Source: Cytophagaceae bacterium
GTDB taxonomy: Bacteria; Bacteroidota; Bacteroidia; Cytophagales; Cytophagaceae
Length of the DNA stretch: 64,000 bases
Assembly: GCA_025454925.1 (NCBI GenBank)
Contig: JALONM010000008.1
Span: forward strand, 12,819 to 76,818
Direction of reading: 5' to 3'
Shown in pieces: positions 40,232-50,846 of the stretch. The first letter of the stretch is position 1, and every line of letters starts with the position of its first letter. The translations under genes were made by a program, and so were the position numbers. A model generated the notes under the pieces. It had not been told where the DNA came from. It did not search any database and worked only from the letters and a program-made list of their open reading frames with translations.

Positions 40232-40465
40232 ATAAATTTCTACTAATCAGAGGCCTAGTGTAAAGAATAGTCCACTACGGTAACTTCGGATCACGAAAGT
40301 ACACATCCCCGTTTAAAAACAAACATCCCTGTTAAGATTTAATACTATCCACCTATCTTTCAATAAGTTAATAGGGCACTCCAAAATAAAAGTTTGAAAA
40401 GTGCATTTTTTTTGTTTAATTTTGTGATCCCGTTAAACAGGCGGGTGTATAAATTGCCGAATTTT

Positions 40466-41275
40466 ATGAGGAAATTAAGGATTTTGTATGTTGCTTCCGA
40501 AATGAATCCTTTCCTCCAGCAAACACAAGTTGCCGATTTCGTTAGAAAACTCCCACAAGCTATGCAAGAACGCGGTATGGAAATCCGTATCCTTGTTCCA
40601 CGCTTTGGTATTATCAACGAACGTCGCAATCGCTTGCATGAGGTAGTACGTCTTTCGGGTATTAATATCTCGGTTGGAGATGAAGAAAAACCACTGATTA
40701 TTAAAGTGGCTTCTGTACCCAATGCCAAACTTCAGGTCTACTTTATCGATAACGAAGACTATTTTCAACGTAAATCTGTTTTCACCGACAAAGACAATAC
40801 CTTTTATTCTGACAATGACGAGCGGGCTATATTCTTCTGCAAAGGAGTAATGGAAACCGTAAGGAAACTGGGATGGGCTCCCGATATTGTACATTGTAAT
40901 GATTGGATGACCAGTCTTATACCATTGTACATGAAAACGCGTTATAAGAAAGATCCGATTTTTAAGGGTGCGCGTTCTGTATTGTCTATTTACAATAATC
41001 CTTTCTCCCACAAGTTTGGCAAAGACTTGCTCTCGAAAGTGAAAATGTTGGACATCGACGACGCCATGCTTTCTCCTTTAAAGTCGGCTGATTTTGAAGG
41101 CTTCGTAAAGATTGGCATCGAATACGCGGATGCCGTGATCAAGGCAGAGGAAGATTACTGCAATGCCTTGGCAAAGCTCTTCGAATCCATGAAGAAAAAT
41201 AAAAAGTTAAATACATTTGATGGTGAAGATATTGAAGAGCATTACTTCAATTTTTATAATGAACTCGCTCCCTAA
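40466..41275 (+). CDS. glycogen/starch synthase-like protein (short, N-terminal catalytic-domain type)
   Basis: The start MRKLRILYVASEMNPF… is a typical glycogen synthase N-terminus. It is about 269 aa, as in the Bacteroidota short form. Confidence 0.8.
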   Translation: MRKLRILYVASEMNPFLQQTQVADFVRKLPQAMQERGMEIRILVPRFGIINERRNRLHEVVRLSGINISVGDEEKPLIIKVASVPNAKLQVYFIDNEDYFQRKSVFTDKDNTFYSDNDERAIFFCKGVMETVRKLGWAPDIVHCNDWMTSLIPLYMKTRYKKDPIFKGARSVLSIYNNPFSHKFGKDLLSKVKMLDIDDAMLSPLKSADFEGFVKIGIEYADAVIKAEEDYCNALAKLFESMKKNKKLNTFDGEDIEEHYFNFYNELAP

Positions 41276-42554
41276 TTGGTTGATAAAAGGCCTGCTCGTG
41301 TGTAGCGCAGGCCTCATTTTTTTCTCCTGTAAAAAAGACAACAGCACCCTTAAGCTACCCGGTGAATCTGAAATTCCAGCGAACACGCTAGTGTCCGACA
41401 CTTTTTCTGTTCAGATTTCCTCGGCCCTGGTGTATAGTGATTTTTTCACTGAAAACCTGGTACGTCAAAACAACGCCTACCTGATGGTGGGAGGCATGCA
41501 AAACGCTACTTTTGGTAATTGCAAATTACAAGCCTTCGTGCAATTAAAACTCAATACCCCATTTGCAGACCTAAGTGGCGCAGTGCTAGACTCGTCCGTG
41601 TTGGAACTGGATTATGATTATGCCTATGGCGACACCTTGCAAAGTCAAAACCTGAGTGTGTATGCCCTTGATCAAGGATTCAACACTGAAACAACGTATC
41701 GTATTAATTCTCCTTCCCTGAGTTATTCAACCTTACTGGGAAGTAAATCTTTTAAAGCTACTCCTGCCACCGGAACTAATATCAGGATACCCATTAGTAA
41801 TTCCACGTATGTAAACGCTATCCTTAACGGACCTAAAAACAACGGTGATTTCGTGCAGCAATTCAAAGGTATTGCCTTAGTAGCTCCCAAAGACAGCGGC
41901 GCAGTTATACGACTCAACCTTTCAAGCTCACTTTCCCGCTTGTTCATCTATTATAAGCAAAACGGTGTGTCTAAAACCTACTCCCTTACTCTATCCAACG
42001 AGCGCTATTACAACCTTTCTGTTGATCGTAGCCTAAGCCCACTATCGGGCCTGGCTGGTGAGTATTCGAGCGTACCTAGTTCCAGTGCCTCCAATAAAAC
42101 CTATTACCAGGGCATCACAGGATTAAGAACCAAAATCAGCTTTCCAGAAATAGAAAAGCTTACCAGCAAGCTTGGCAATATCTTTATTCACAAAGCGGAG
42201 TTAGTAATTCCTGCCAGCGGCAGCAACAAAGCAGATTCTTTGTTTTTAGTGAAATCCAATGCCAATGGTGAAATTATTGTAACAAACGGTTTAGTGGCCA
42301 CGATTCAACAATCCGAGAGGAGTGTAGATGATTTTATATACACACAATTCTCTCCTTATTATAGCAATGAAGGTGTCTATAAATTTCAATTAGGTAAATA
42401 CCTGCAAAGTATTATCTACAACGAACTGGATAATCATGCCTTGTACCTGACTCCTACTAAAAACAGTCTGGAAATTGATGGAGGATTCCTGGTGGATCAA
42501 TCCATTCCATCTTCGGGAATCAAACTTAAAATTTACTATACCAAAACTAATTAA
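41259..42554 (+). CDS. DUF4270-like lipoprotein
   Basis: The start at 41259 gives a lipoprotein signal (…GLIFFSCKKD). It occupies the conserved position between the glycogen-synthase-like gene and glmS. Confidence 0.65.
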   Translation: MNSLPNWLIKGLLVCSAGLIFFSCKKDNSTLKLPGESEIPANTLVSDTFSVQISSALVYSDFFTENLVRQNNAYLMVGGMQNATFGNCKLQAFVQLKLNTPFADLSGAVLDSSVLELDYDYAYGDTLQSQNLSVYALDQGFNTETTYRINSPSLSYSTLLGSKSFKATPATGTNIRIPISNSTYVNAILNGPKNNGDFVQQFKGIALVAPKDSGAVIRLNLSSSLSRLFIYYKQNGVSKTYSLTLSNERYYNLSVDRSLSPLSGLAGEYSSVPSSSASNKTYYQGITGLRTKISFPEIEKLTSKLGNIFIHKAELVIPASGSNKADSLFLVKSNANGEIIVTNGLVATIQQSERSVDDFIYTQFSPYYSNEGVYKFQLGKYLQSIIYNELDNHALYLTPTKNSLEIDGGFLVDQSIPSSGIKLKIYYTKTN

Positions 42555-42568
42555 ACTATTTTTTAATT

Positions 42569-44404
42569 ATGTGCGGAATCGTTGCCTACATCGGAAATCG
42601 GGATGCCTGTCCGATCATTCTCAAAGGGTTGAAGCGACTCGAATACCGTGGTTACGACAGTGCCGGTATTGCCTTGATGAATAAAGGCCTACAAGTGTAT
42701 AAGAAGAAAGGTAAAGTAAAAGACCTCGAGGATTTTCTAGTTTCCAAAGACATCTCCGGATCGGTGGGCATGGGACATACACGCTGGGCCACCCATGGAG
42801 AGCCGAGTGACCGCAATGCGCACCCACACTATTCCAATAGTCAGGGTATTGCTATCATCCACAATGGGATCATAGAGAATTACGATTCCCTGAAAAAGGA
42901 CATGATCCAGCGAGGTCATACTTTTCTCAGCGATACCGATTCAGAGGTATTTATCCATTTGATCGAAGACGTTTACGAAAATAATAAATGTTCATTGGAA
43001 GAAGCTGTGCGCATAGCCCTTACCATGGTGGTAGGCGCCTATGCGGTAGTCATTATGTCCAAGGATCATCCCGAACAACTTATTGCAGCGCGCAAAGGAA
43101 GCCCCTTGGTAATTGGTATCGGGAAAGATGAATATTTCTTTGCCTCCGATGCAACCCCCATTATTGAATATACCAATGAGGTAGTATACCTCAATGATTT
43201 TGAGATAGCGGTGGTTCGCAACAATCAGCTGAGCATTAAAAACATCGAAGACGTAAGTACTACCCCTTACGTTCAAAAGCTTGATCTGGAGCTTAGTTCC
43301 ATCGAAAAAGGGGGCTATGAGCATTTCATGTTAAAAGAAATATTCGAGCAACCAAAATCCATCACCGATTGTCTTCGTGGGCGCATCATCTCCAGTCAGG
43401 GACACCTGGCATTGGGTGGGATACGCCAATACCTGAACAAGTTGGTACATGCCGACCGCATCATTATTGTGGCTTGCGGGACCTCCTGGCATGCAGGTTT
43501 GGTGGCTGAATATATTTTTGAAGAATATACACGCATTCCGGTAGAGGTAGAATATGCGTCTGAGTTCCGCTATCGAAACCCTATCGTGCGCGAAGGAGAC
43601 GTGGTAATCGCCATTTCGCAGTCCGGCGAAACCGCCGATACCCTTGCGGCTATTGAACTGGCGAAATCGAAAGGAGCCGTTATTTTTGGCGTGTGCAACG
43701 TGGTAGGCAGCTCCATTGCCCGGGCTTCTCATGAAGGGGCTTATTTGCATGCAGGACCTGAAATAGGCGTGGCCAGTACCAAAGCTTTTACCGCTCAGGT
43801 AACCGTGCTTGCCATGATGGCCATCATGGTAGCCAATAAAAAAGGAATTATACCAGAAAATAAATTCCAGGAACTATTGATTGATATTGAGAACGTTCCA
43901 CGCAAAGTGGAGGCCGTTCTTCAGCAAAACCAAAAAATTAAAGAGCTATCCGAATACTTCAAAGACGCACGTAATTTCTTGTACCTGGGGCGTGGATTCA
44001 ATTTCCCCGTTGCTCTGGAAGGTGCCTTGAAATTAAAAGAAATCAGCTATATTCATGCAGAGGGGTATCCGGCCGCAGAAATGAAACATGGACCTATCGC
44101 ATTGATTGATGATGAAATGCCCGTGGTAGTAATTGCTCCGCAAGATAGTTCTTACGAAAAAATCGTTTCCAATATTCAGGAAGTGAAGGCCAGAAAAGGC
44201 AAAGTGATCGCAGTGGTTACCGAAGGAGATACACAGATCACTGAAATGGCCAATTACGTAATTGAAATTCCTCGAATTTCAGAAGCCCTCAGTCCTTTGT
44301 TAACGGTTATTCCCCTCCAGTTAATGGCCTATCACATTGCCGTACTGAGAGGATGCAATGTAGATCAACCAAGAAACCTGGCCAAGTCCGTTACGGTGGA
44401 ATAG
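42569..44404 (+). CDS. glmS: glutamine--fructose-6-phosphate aminotransferase (isomerizing)
   Basis: 611 aa with an MCGIVAYIG N-terminal nucleophile, two SIS domains and a C-terminal …AKSVTVE. Confidence 0.97.
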   Translation: MCGIVAYIGNRDACPIILKGLKRLEYRGYDSAGIALMNKGLQVYKKKGKVKDLEDFLVSKDISGSVGMGHTRWATHGEPSDRNAHPHYSNSQGIAIIHNGIIENYDSLKKDMIQRGHTFLSDTDSEVFIHLIEDVYENNKCSLEEAVRIALTMVVGAYAVVIMSKDHPEQLIAARKGSPLVIGIGKDEYFFASDATPIIEYTNEVVYLNDFEIAVVRNNQLSIKNIEDVSTTPYVQKLDLELSSIEKGGYEHFMLKEIFEQPKSITDCLRGRIISSQGHLALGGIRQYLNKLVHADRIIIVACGTSWHAGLVAEYIFEEYTRIPVEVEYASEFRYRNPIVREGDVVIAISQSGETADTLAAIELAKSKGAVIFGVCNVVGSSIARASHEGAYLHAGPEIGVASTKAFTAQVTVLAMMAIMVANKKGIIPENKFQELLIDIENVPRKVEAVLQQNQKIKELSEYFKDARNFLYLGRGFNFPVALEGALKLKEISYIHAEGYPAAEMKHGPIALIDDEMPVVVIAPQDSSYEKIVSNIQEVKARKGKVIAVVTEGDTQITEMANYVIEIPRISEALSPLLTVIPLQLMAYHIAVLRGCNVDQPRNLAKSVTVE

Positions 44405-44483
44405 TCGTTGAAAAAATCTGAGGTGGCATTTGCCCAATTCAAAGAAAAATAACAAATTGGGTGTATAAACTTAAACACATTGT

Positions 44484-44882
44484 ATGAAAACATTTATTGT
44501 ATTTTTTGCGACGATCGTGCTTGCGGTAAGTACTGCTTTTGCTAAAGGAAGCAACGCAGAGGTAGCAGTTACTCCAGCCATTACTCCTGTTGCTGAAAAC
44601 CATGTTGTAACTAAAAAAGCGGTTGTAACTGAGAAAAAAGCGAATAAGCTTACTTTCGCTCAAAAAACCGCACTTAAGTTGATGGCTAAACCAATGAAGA
44701 AAGCCATTGAAAAAGGTGGTTTGGATCCTCAGCTTAAAACACCCATCATTTTAATTGGTATTGGTCTGATTTTAATGATCATCGGAGCTCTTCTGCCCCT
44801 TATAGGCTTACTGTTCTGGGTAATCGGAGCAATCTTGTTAGTCATTGGTCTTATCCTGTTGCTTTTAGCTTTAGTTGGATAA
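44484..44882 (+). CDS. hypothetical membrane protein
   Basis: 132 aa with a signal peptide, a K-rich middle and two C-terminal TM helices. No family recognised. Confidence 0.5.
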   Translation: MKTFIVFFATIVLAVSTAFAKGSNAEVAVTPAITPVAENHVVTKKAVVTEKKANKLTFAQKTALKLMAKPMKKAIEKGGLDPQLKTPIILIGIGLILMIIGALLPLIGLLFWVIGAILLVIGLILLLLALVG

Positions 44883-44898
44883 TCGATATTGATTTTTT

Positions 44899-44930
44899 AA
44901 AAACCTGTCCCATCCGGACAGGTTTTTTTA
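44899..44930 (+). terminator. intrinsic terminator
   Basis: AAAAACCTGTCC-catcc-GGACAGGTTTTTTT. Confidence 0.85.
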
Positions 44931-44951
44931 TGACCAAAGGCGCACCGGTTT

Positions 44952-45131
44952 AACCGGCTTTTATCAATAGAAGCGAAGCGCACGATGGAGAAAGTTCATG
45001 GATCGTAGATCCATGGCCTGTAATCCCAACATAGAAAATCATTGGCTTTGAAAAGAATTTCTTCTGTTCGATTCCTTTTGAGGCCTTGATTTTATGAGTC
45101 GTTTCTCAATAGGAGAAATTGTATGGAGAAA
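44952..45131 (+). repeat. family C repeat, copy b
   Basis: Has the same module order as copy a, including CATGGATC-gta-GATCCATG. Confidence 0.8.
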
Positions 45132-45373
45132 TCCGGACATATCATGACTTTGCATGATGACCATCGACACGAACGCTTATTTTACGTACAACTTTCTTTA
45201 AAATAGAACGTTGATCGAAAAGCAAAGACAAGTAATTACAAAAATCTCTTCATATCTGCTCCCTTATGGGTTGCTTGGTATGAGGTTTGAAATACCAACG
45301 GCATATATACTGGGATACCACACTTTATATATCCAATCGTTCTCATTTGAAAAATTAATTTGGCATCGACCGT

Positions 45374-48370
45374 ATGAAAAAGGCATTGAAAATTGCAGGA
45401 ATCTCGATAGGAGTTCTATTCCTGCTTCTATTGCTCATCCCCATTCTTTTTAAAGACAAGATTAGGGCGAAAGTAGACGAAGAAATTTCTAAAAATATTA
45501 ACGCCAAAGTATTCTACGATCCCGATCAGTTCGGACTTTCTCTTATTCGCAATTTCCCTAACTTCACACTCAGCATCGGTGATTTTGGAATGGTAGGAAA
45601 AGCAGAAGGATTTGCCGGTGACACGCTAATGTCTGTTGATCAGTTCCGGCTGGTATTGGATATTATGAGTGTTATTAGTGGAGATAAAATTAAAATCAAT
45701 AAAGTATACCTCAAAGATCCTTACATCCTTACCCGATATAAAAAAGACGGGAAATTCAGCTGGGACATTACTTTCCCCGATACCAGCGCACAAACCAGTG
45801 CTCCCGAAGATACCAGCAGTGCCGCTTTTGCACTGAATGTAGAAAAATGGGAAATCGAAAATGGCACCATCATTTACGACGATGCCACCATGCCGGTATT
45901 TGCCCGTTTTGAAAATTTAAACCATACCGGAAGCGGAGACATTACGGCGGATATATACGACATCAAAACCAACACCAACATTAAAAAAGCATTCGTAAAC
46001 TTCGACGGAATTACTTACCTCAATAATTTCATGATCGATGCCAAAGCCGACATGAACATCAACATGCTTACTTCCGAATACAAATTCCTGGAAAATGAAT
46101 TTACTCTGAATAATTTCAAATTCGGTTTCGATGGATTGATCGCAATGCCCGATACCAATATCACTATGAACATTACGTTCAAAGCCAAAGAAAATACTTT
46201 CAAAAACCTGATCTCTATCGTGCCGGGTGTATTCTTGCAAGGGTATGAAGATTTAAAAGCCGAAGGAAATGTTGCTTTCGACGGGTATGCCAAAGGCACC
46301 TACAACGCGGTGTCCATGCCTGGCTTTGGCTTGAATCTGCAAGTCAACAATGCCATGATGCAATACCCTCAGCTTCCAACAGCCATCACCGATATTATCG
46401 TTGATCTCGGTGTGGATTGCAAAGATGGTGTGATTGACCATACCAACATCGACCTGAAAAAATTTGGCATGAAGCTAGGAAACAACCCCGTTTCTGCAGA
46501 AGCCATTATTCATGGATTAGAACCAATGGACATACAGAAATGTAAAGCCAACGCTTCGGTGAAACTGGAAGAAATCACACAGTTGTTCCCTATTGACAGC
46601 ATGCAATTAAAAGGCTTGTTTACCCTCGCCCTCGACGCCAAAGGCGTATACAGCGACGCGCAGAAGAGCATGCCAACCGTAACCGCCAACATGGGGCTTA
46701 GCAACGGGTATGTTAAATACGAAGGGTTTGCAGAAGCATTGGATAAGGTATTTATGGACGCCGCCGTAACAAGCAACGGAGACATGAAAACTTCCACGGC
46801 TGAACTCAAAAAATTCAGCATGTTGTTAGGACAGGATGCCTTTGCCGCTACGGCCAAAGTCATCAACTTCGACGATCCGAATTACGATGCCACTTTGAAA
46901 GGAAACATCAACCTGGAAAAAATAAACAAGCTATTCCCCATCGAAGGAACTACCATGGCTGGTATCATTGCCGCCGATCTTCAAACCAAAGGCGTTTTGT
47001 CTGATGTTACAGCCGGAAATTATGGAAAAACATCTACCTCCGGCAGCATGAATATCTCCAAGCTGAATTATATCAGTACCATAGATTTCCCTCAAGGAAT
47101 GACCATCAGCGAAGGAGCCATGAATTTTTCTCCTGAAAAAATTACGATCTCCAAACTCCTCGGCACGGTAGGTAAAAGCGACATGGATATTACCGGTGCT
47201 TTCTCTAACTATATGGGATATATGTTTGGAAAAGGCGGCGATACTACGCTTCATGGTACCATGAATTTTAATTCCAAAAAATTCGATGTAAACGAATGGA
47301 TGACGGAGGACAGCACCGCCACCGCCGAAACCACCGCTCCTGCTGAAGAAGAAGGTGCCGTGCCAGTGCCTAAGAATATTGATTTCCTCATGAAGTCAAG
47401 CATTGCGGAAGTGCTTTACGATAACATGACCTTGAAAAACCTGAAAGGCGATATCCTGGTTAAAAATGGAATTGCCCGCATGAGTAACCTTAATTTTCAA
47501 TCCTTGGGTGGTAATTTCCTGATGAACGGAAGCTATAATACCGAAGATCCTGCCAAACCTTCTTTTGATTTTGACATGGACATACAAAACATGGTCATCA
47601 AAGAAGCATTCAAAACCTTTAATACCGTACAGAAGTTAGCGCCGGTAGCTGAAAATATGGATGGAAACATTTCCATGAAACTGGATCACTTAAGTGCCGC
47701 GCTTGGCCCCGACATGATGCCTCTGTATGCCACCATGAACGGAGCAGGAAACGCCAACATTGCTTCCGCCGCCATCAAAGACAACAAATTACTGGCAGGC
47801 CTGGCTACCTATACCAAGGCCAATACCAATCCTCTAAACATCAAAGACACCAAAATCAAATTCAAAATTGAAGATGGAAACATTGTGGTGGAGCCTTTTG
47901 ATTTGAATGCTGGCAGCACTAAAATGAACATCGGTGGTAAAAATAAACTGGACGGCACAATTGATTACATCGTGAAACTGGATGTGCCAGCAGGCTCCAT
48001 AGGATCTGCGGCCAACAGCGCTATTTCAAGCCTTACCGGCAGCGCACCAAGCGGCGACCAGAATATTAAAATAAACCTGGGAGTTACCGGAACCAATGCC
48101 GATCCTAAATTTAAAGTATTGGGTGGTGGCAGTGGTACCTCTATAAAAGATGCCGCGAAAGACAAGGCGAAAGAAGAAGCCGACCGCCTGAAAGCCGAAG
48201 CAGAAGCCAAAGCCAAGGCAGAAGCCGATCGACTGAAAGCGGAAGCCGAGGCTAAAGCCAGGGCCGAGGCCGATCGACTGAAAAAAGAGGCGGAAGCCAA
48301 AGCCAAAGCAGAAGCAGATGCCGCGAAGAAAAAAGCGCTGGATGAGGCAAAGAAAAAACTGAAGTTCTAA
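45374..48370 (+). CDS. AsmA-family protein with TolA-like Ala/Glu/Lys-rich C-terminal tail
   Basis: 998 aa with an N-terminal TM anchor (MKKALKIAGISIGVLFLLLLLIPILF) and a long beta-rich body. The C-terminus is (EADRLKAEAEAKAKA)n. Confidence 0.8.
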   Translation: MKKALKIAGISIGVLFLLLLLIPILFKDKIRAKVDEEISKNINAKVFYDPDQFGLSLIRNFPNFTLSIGDFGMVGKAEGFAGDTLMSVDQFRLVLDIMSVISGDKIKINKVYLKDPYILTRYKKDGKFSWDITFPDTSAQTSAPEDTSSAAFALNVEKWEIENGTIIYDDATMPVFARFENLNHTGSGDITADIYDIKTNTNIKKAFVNFDGITYLNNFMIDAKADMNINMLTSEYKFLENEFTLNNFKFGFDGLIAMPDTNITMNITFKAKENTFKNLISIVPGVFLQGYEDLKAEGNVAFDGYAKGTYNAVSMPGFGLNLQVNNAMMQYPQLPTAITDIIVDLGVDCKDGVIDHTNIDLKKFGMKLGNNPVSAEAIIHGLEPMDIQKCKANASVKLEEITQLFPIDSMQLKGLFTLALDAKGVYSDAQKSMPTVTANMGLSNGYVKYEGFAEALDKVFMDAAVTSNGDMKTSTAELKKFSMLLGQDAFAATAKVINFDDPNYDATLKGNINLEKINKLFPIEGTTMAGIIAADLQTKGVLSDVTAGNYGKTSTSGSMNISKLNYISTIDFPQGMTISEGAMNFSPEKITISKLLGTVGKSDMDITGAFSNYMGYMFGKGGDTTLHGTMNFNSKKFDVNEWMTEDSTATAETTAPAEEEGAVPVPKNIDFLMKSSIAEVLYDNMTLKNLKGDILVKNGIARMSNLNFQSLGGNFLMNGSYNTEDPAKPSFDFDMDIQNMVIKEAFKTFNTVQKLAPVAENMDGNISMKLDHLSAALGPDMMPLYATMNGAGNANIASAAIKDNKLLAGLATYTKANTNPLNIKDTKIKFKIEDGNIVVEPFDLNAGSTKMNIGGKNKLDGTIDYIVKLDVPAGSIGSAANSAISSLTGSAPSGDQNIKINLGVTGTNADPKFKVLGGGSGTSIKDAAKDKAKEEADRLKAEAEAKAKAEADRLKAEAEAKARAEADRLKKEAEAKAKAEADAAKKKALDEAKKKLKF
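48176..48325 (+). repeat. 45-bp in-frame tandem repeat (about 3.3 units) inside the AsmA-family gene
   Basis: Units lie at 48176-48220, 48221-48265 and 48266-48310, with a partial fourth. Each encodes EADRLKAEAEAKAKA-like 15-mers. Confidence 0.85.
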
Positions 48371-48416
48371 CAAAACGAACCCATAGTAGAGGACTCCTCT
48401 GGAAAGAATTCATGCC

Positions 48417-48448
48417 AAAAGGCCGGTGCTTAAAGTACCGGCCTTTTT
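48417..48448 (+). terminator. intrinsic terminator after the AsmA-family gene
   Basis: AAAAGGCCGGT-gcttaaagt-ACCGGCCTTTTT. It lies inside the 5' extension of the 48426 track ORF, which argues for the 48462 start. Confidence 0.8.
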
Positions 48449-48461
48449 GTATATTCGCAAT

Positions 48462-49613
48462 ATGGAATTAAGCATTTTCTTCGATCCGGTTTCTACGCGA
48501 CTTCCCAATACGGAAGACTTCTCTTTATTTGGCAATAACATCCGAAGTTTTTATGAAGAATTTCCCGCACTCGATCAACTGCATATAGCGATCATAGGCA
48601 TTGCAGAAGACCGCGGAAGCATGCTCAACGAAGGCTGCGCCAAAGGTCCGGAAGAAGTGCGGAAAAAACTGTACAGCCTGAAAAAAAATCACGGCAACCT
48701 CAAAATTGCCGACCTGGGAAACCTGCGTCCAGGGGAAAGTGTGGAAGATACCTACCTGCGCATCAAAGAAGTATGTGCCACACTCATGCAACTCCAAATC
48801 ATTCCCGTGTTGATAGGCGGCAGCCACGATCTGGATTACGGCCAGTTTATGGCTTACGAAGGCAATGGCAATTTCATTAATGTGCTTTGCGTTGATGCGG
48901 CCATTGACATGTCGGGAGTGCGCGAGGACCAAAGCAAACACCACACGCACCGCATGCTGTTGCACCAGCCCAATTACCTCTTCAACTATAGCCATTTGGC
49001 GTATCAATCCTTTCTCACCGATCAGGAAGTGGTAGCCGTGTTAGAAAAATTGCATTTTGAAAGTTATCGCATCGGATGGCTGCGCGATCATATGAACGAA
49101 GCAGAACCCGTAATCCGCGATGCCGACATGATGAGTTTTGACATTTCTTCCATTCGTCAAACGGATGCCCCAGGCAATAAATGCGGAAATGCTTTCGGAT
49201 TAAGCGGAGAAGAAGCCTGCCAGTTAGCCTGGTATGCAGGGCTTAGCAACAAACTTAGCTCTTTGGGTATCTATGAATTTAACCCGGAAGAAGACTGGAA
49301 AGATCAGACCGCTTCAGTAGTGGCAGCCATGATCTGGTATTTTGTAGAAGGCTTTTATGCACGCAAAGAAGAACGGAATTTTGATTCGCCCAATTACACA
49401 CATTACCTGGTTTCCTTTGAGCACGACCCGGAAAAAATGACGTTTTATAAACACGAACTCACCGAAAAATGGTGGATGGAAGTTCCCATTCCTGAAAATA
49501 AAGAACGATACCTTCGCAACTCCATTATCCCATGCAGCTACGAAGATTTCCTGACGGCCAACAATGGAGAAATCCCAGACCGGTGGATTCGCACCAGAGC
49601 TAAACTTTCTTGA
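48462..49613 (+). CDS. arginase/formimidoylglutamase family protein
   Basis: About 383 aa with ureohydrolase-like segments (…IPVLIGGSHDL…, …MSFDISSIR…). Confidence 0.75.
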   Translation: MELSIFFDPVSTRLPNTEDFSLFGNNIRSFYEEFPALDQLHIAIIGIAEDRGSMLNEGCAKGPEEVRKKLYSLKKNHGNLKIADLGNLRPGESVEDTYLRIKEVCATLMQLQIIPVLIGGSHDLDYGQFMAYEGNGNFINVLCVDAAIDMSGVREDQSKHHTHRMLLHQPNYLFNYSHLAYQSFLTDQEVVAVLEKLHFESYRIGWLRDHMNEAEPVIRDADMMSFDISSIRQTDAPGNKCGNAFGLSGEEACQLAWYAGLSNKLSSLGIYEFNPEEDWKDQTASVVAAMIWYFVEGFYARKEERNFDSPNYTHYLVSFEHDPEKMTFYKHELTEKWWMEVPIPENKERYLRNSIIPCSYEDFLTANNGEIPDRWIRTRAKLS

Positions 49614-49615
49614 CC

Positions 49616-50773
49616 ATGAAATGGATATTACTTTGCTTAGGGATACTAGGGAGTTTTAACGCTTGTCAGTCGCGGTTCCCTAGCAATCCCATTTCGGAAG
49701 CCAAAGACAGTTTGCCTCCTACCAGCGCAGAGCTGCCTCCTGCTGAGCCAAGCTTGGATGTAAAAATCGGGCAGATGATCATGATCGGCATTCTGAAAAG
49801 AACCTATCTGCTTCCGTCCGATACCTTGGCTGAAGACCTCCGCGCGCAACGCATCGGCGGAATTATTCTGTTTGAGAAAAACATTGCCAAAACTGCTTCC
49901 TTCGATTCTCTGCAACTTCTGATACAAGCATTGCAGGCGCAAAGTACCATCCCCTTGCTCATCAGTATTGACGAAGAAGGAGGTAAAGTGCATCGACTCA
50001 AAGAAAAATATGGCTTTGTACCCATGCCCTCCGCTGCCTGGCTAGGGAAAAAAAACAACCTGGATACCACCTATCACTACAACCTTCACCTGGCCAAAGA
50101 ACTGGCCAAACTTGGCATCAACACCAACTATGCACCGGCCATTGATGTGGCCGTCAATCCCAACAATCCGATTATTGCGAAAGTAGAACGAAGTTATTCC
50201 TCCGATCCGCAGCTCGTCAGCCAGCACGCCAAAGCCGCCATTAAAGCACACCACTATGCCGGAGTAAAAACCATCGTAAAACATTTCCCTGGGCATGGCA
50301 GTTCCGCCAACGATACACATTTGGGCATAGCCGATGTAAGCAAAACCTGGAAGGAGGAGGAATTGGTGCCATTCAAAAGCATCATAGAGGCCGGACTTTG
50401 CGATGCCGTCATGACAGCCCATATTGTGCATTGCGGATTGGATAGCAATTGCTTGCCCGCCACACTTTCAGAACCCATCATTCAAGGCATTCTGAGAAAA
50501 CGTCTTGGATTTAATGGACCCGTTTTTTCCGACGACATGCAAATGAATGCCATCAGCAAACAATTCGGACTCGAAGAAGCCGTGCGCAGAGCCATACTCG
50601 CCGGTGTAGATGTGCTGGTGTTTGGAAACAACGTGCACGCACAAGATCGCATTCCGCCGCAGCAACTGCACGCACTCATCAAAAATCTGGTGATCAGCGG
50701 TAAAATTCCAGAATCCAGGATCAACGAATCCTATCACCGAATTATGAGATTCAAAAGTTATATTCCCCATTAA
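49616..50773 (+). CDS. glycoside hydrolase family 3 N-terminal domain protein (beta-N-acetylhexosaminidase-like)
   Basis: Lipoprotein-type signal (…GSFNAC) with the motifs …ISIDEEGG.V.RL… and KHFPGHG. Confidence 0.85.
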   Translation: MKWILLCLGILGSFNACQSRFPSNPISEAKDSLPPTSAELPPAEPSLDVKIGQMIMIGILKRTYLLPSDTLAEDLRAQRIGGIILFEKNIAKTASFDSLQLLIQALQAQSTIPLLISIDEEGGKVHRLKEKYGFVPMPSAAWLGKKNNLDTTYHYNLHLAKELAKLGINTNYAPAIDVAVNPNNPIIAKVERSYSSDPQLVSQHAKAAIKAHHYAGVKTIVKHFPGHGSSANDTHLGIADVSKTWKEEELVPFKSIIEAGLCDAVMTAHIVHCGLDSNCLPATLSEPIIQGILRKRLGFNGPVFSDDMQMNAISKQFGLEEAVRRAILAGVDVLVFGNNVHAQDRIPPQQLHALIKNLVISGKIPESRINESYHRIMRFKSYIPH

Positions 50774-50846
50774 CCATTCACTTTACAATAAGGCACAAAA
50801 GTGAATGGTTACCATTCCAATACCTTCATTTTTCACGTGCCGATTT

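Noticed and set aside
40360-41011. Minus-strand ORFs of 122 and 178 aa
   Set aside because: They are antisense to the glycogen-synthase-like gene and its promoter region, with no supporting features.
42400-42568. Possible glmS ribozyme upstream of glmS
   Set aside because: Only 14 nt separate glmS from the preceding DUF4270-like gene, and no ribozyme-like conserved core is visible.
50772-50810. 10-bp-stem hairpin (AACCATTCAC…GTGAATGGTT) at the GH3 stop as an intrinsic terminator
   Set aside because: It has a 19-nt loop, is AT-rich and is not followed by a T-run. It is not called as a terminator but is mentioned within the repeat-island finding.
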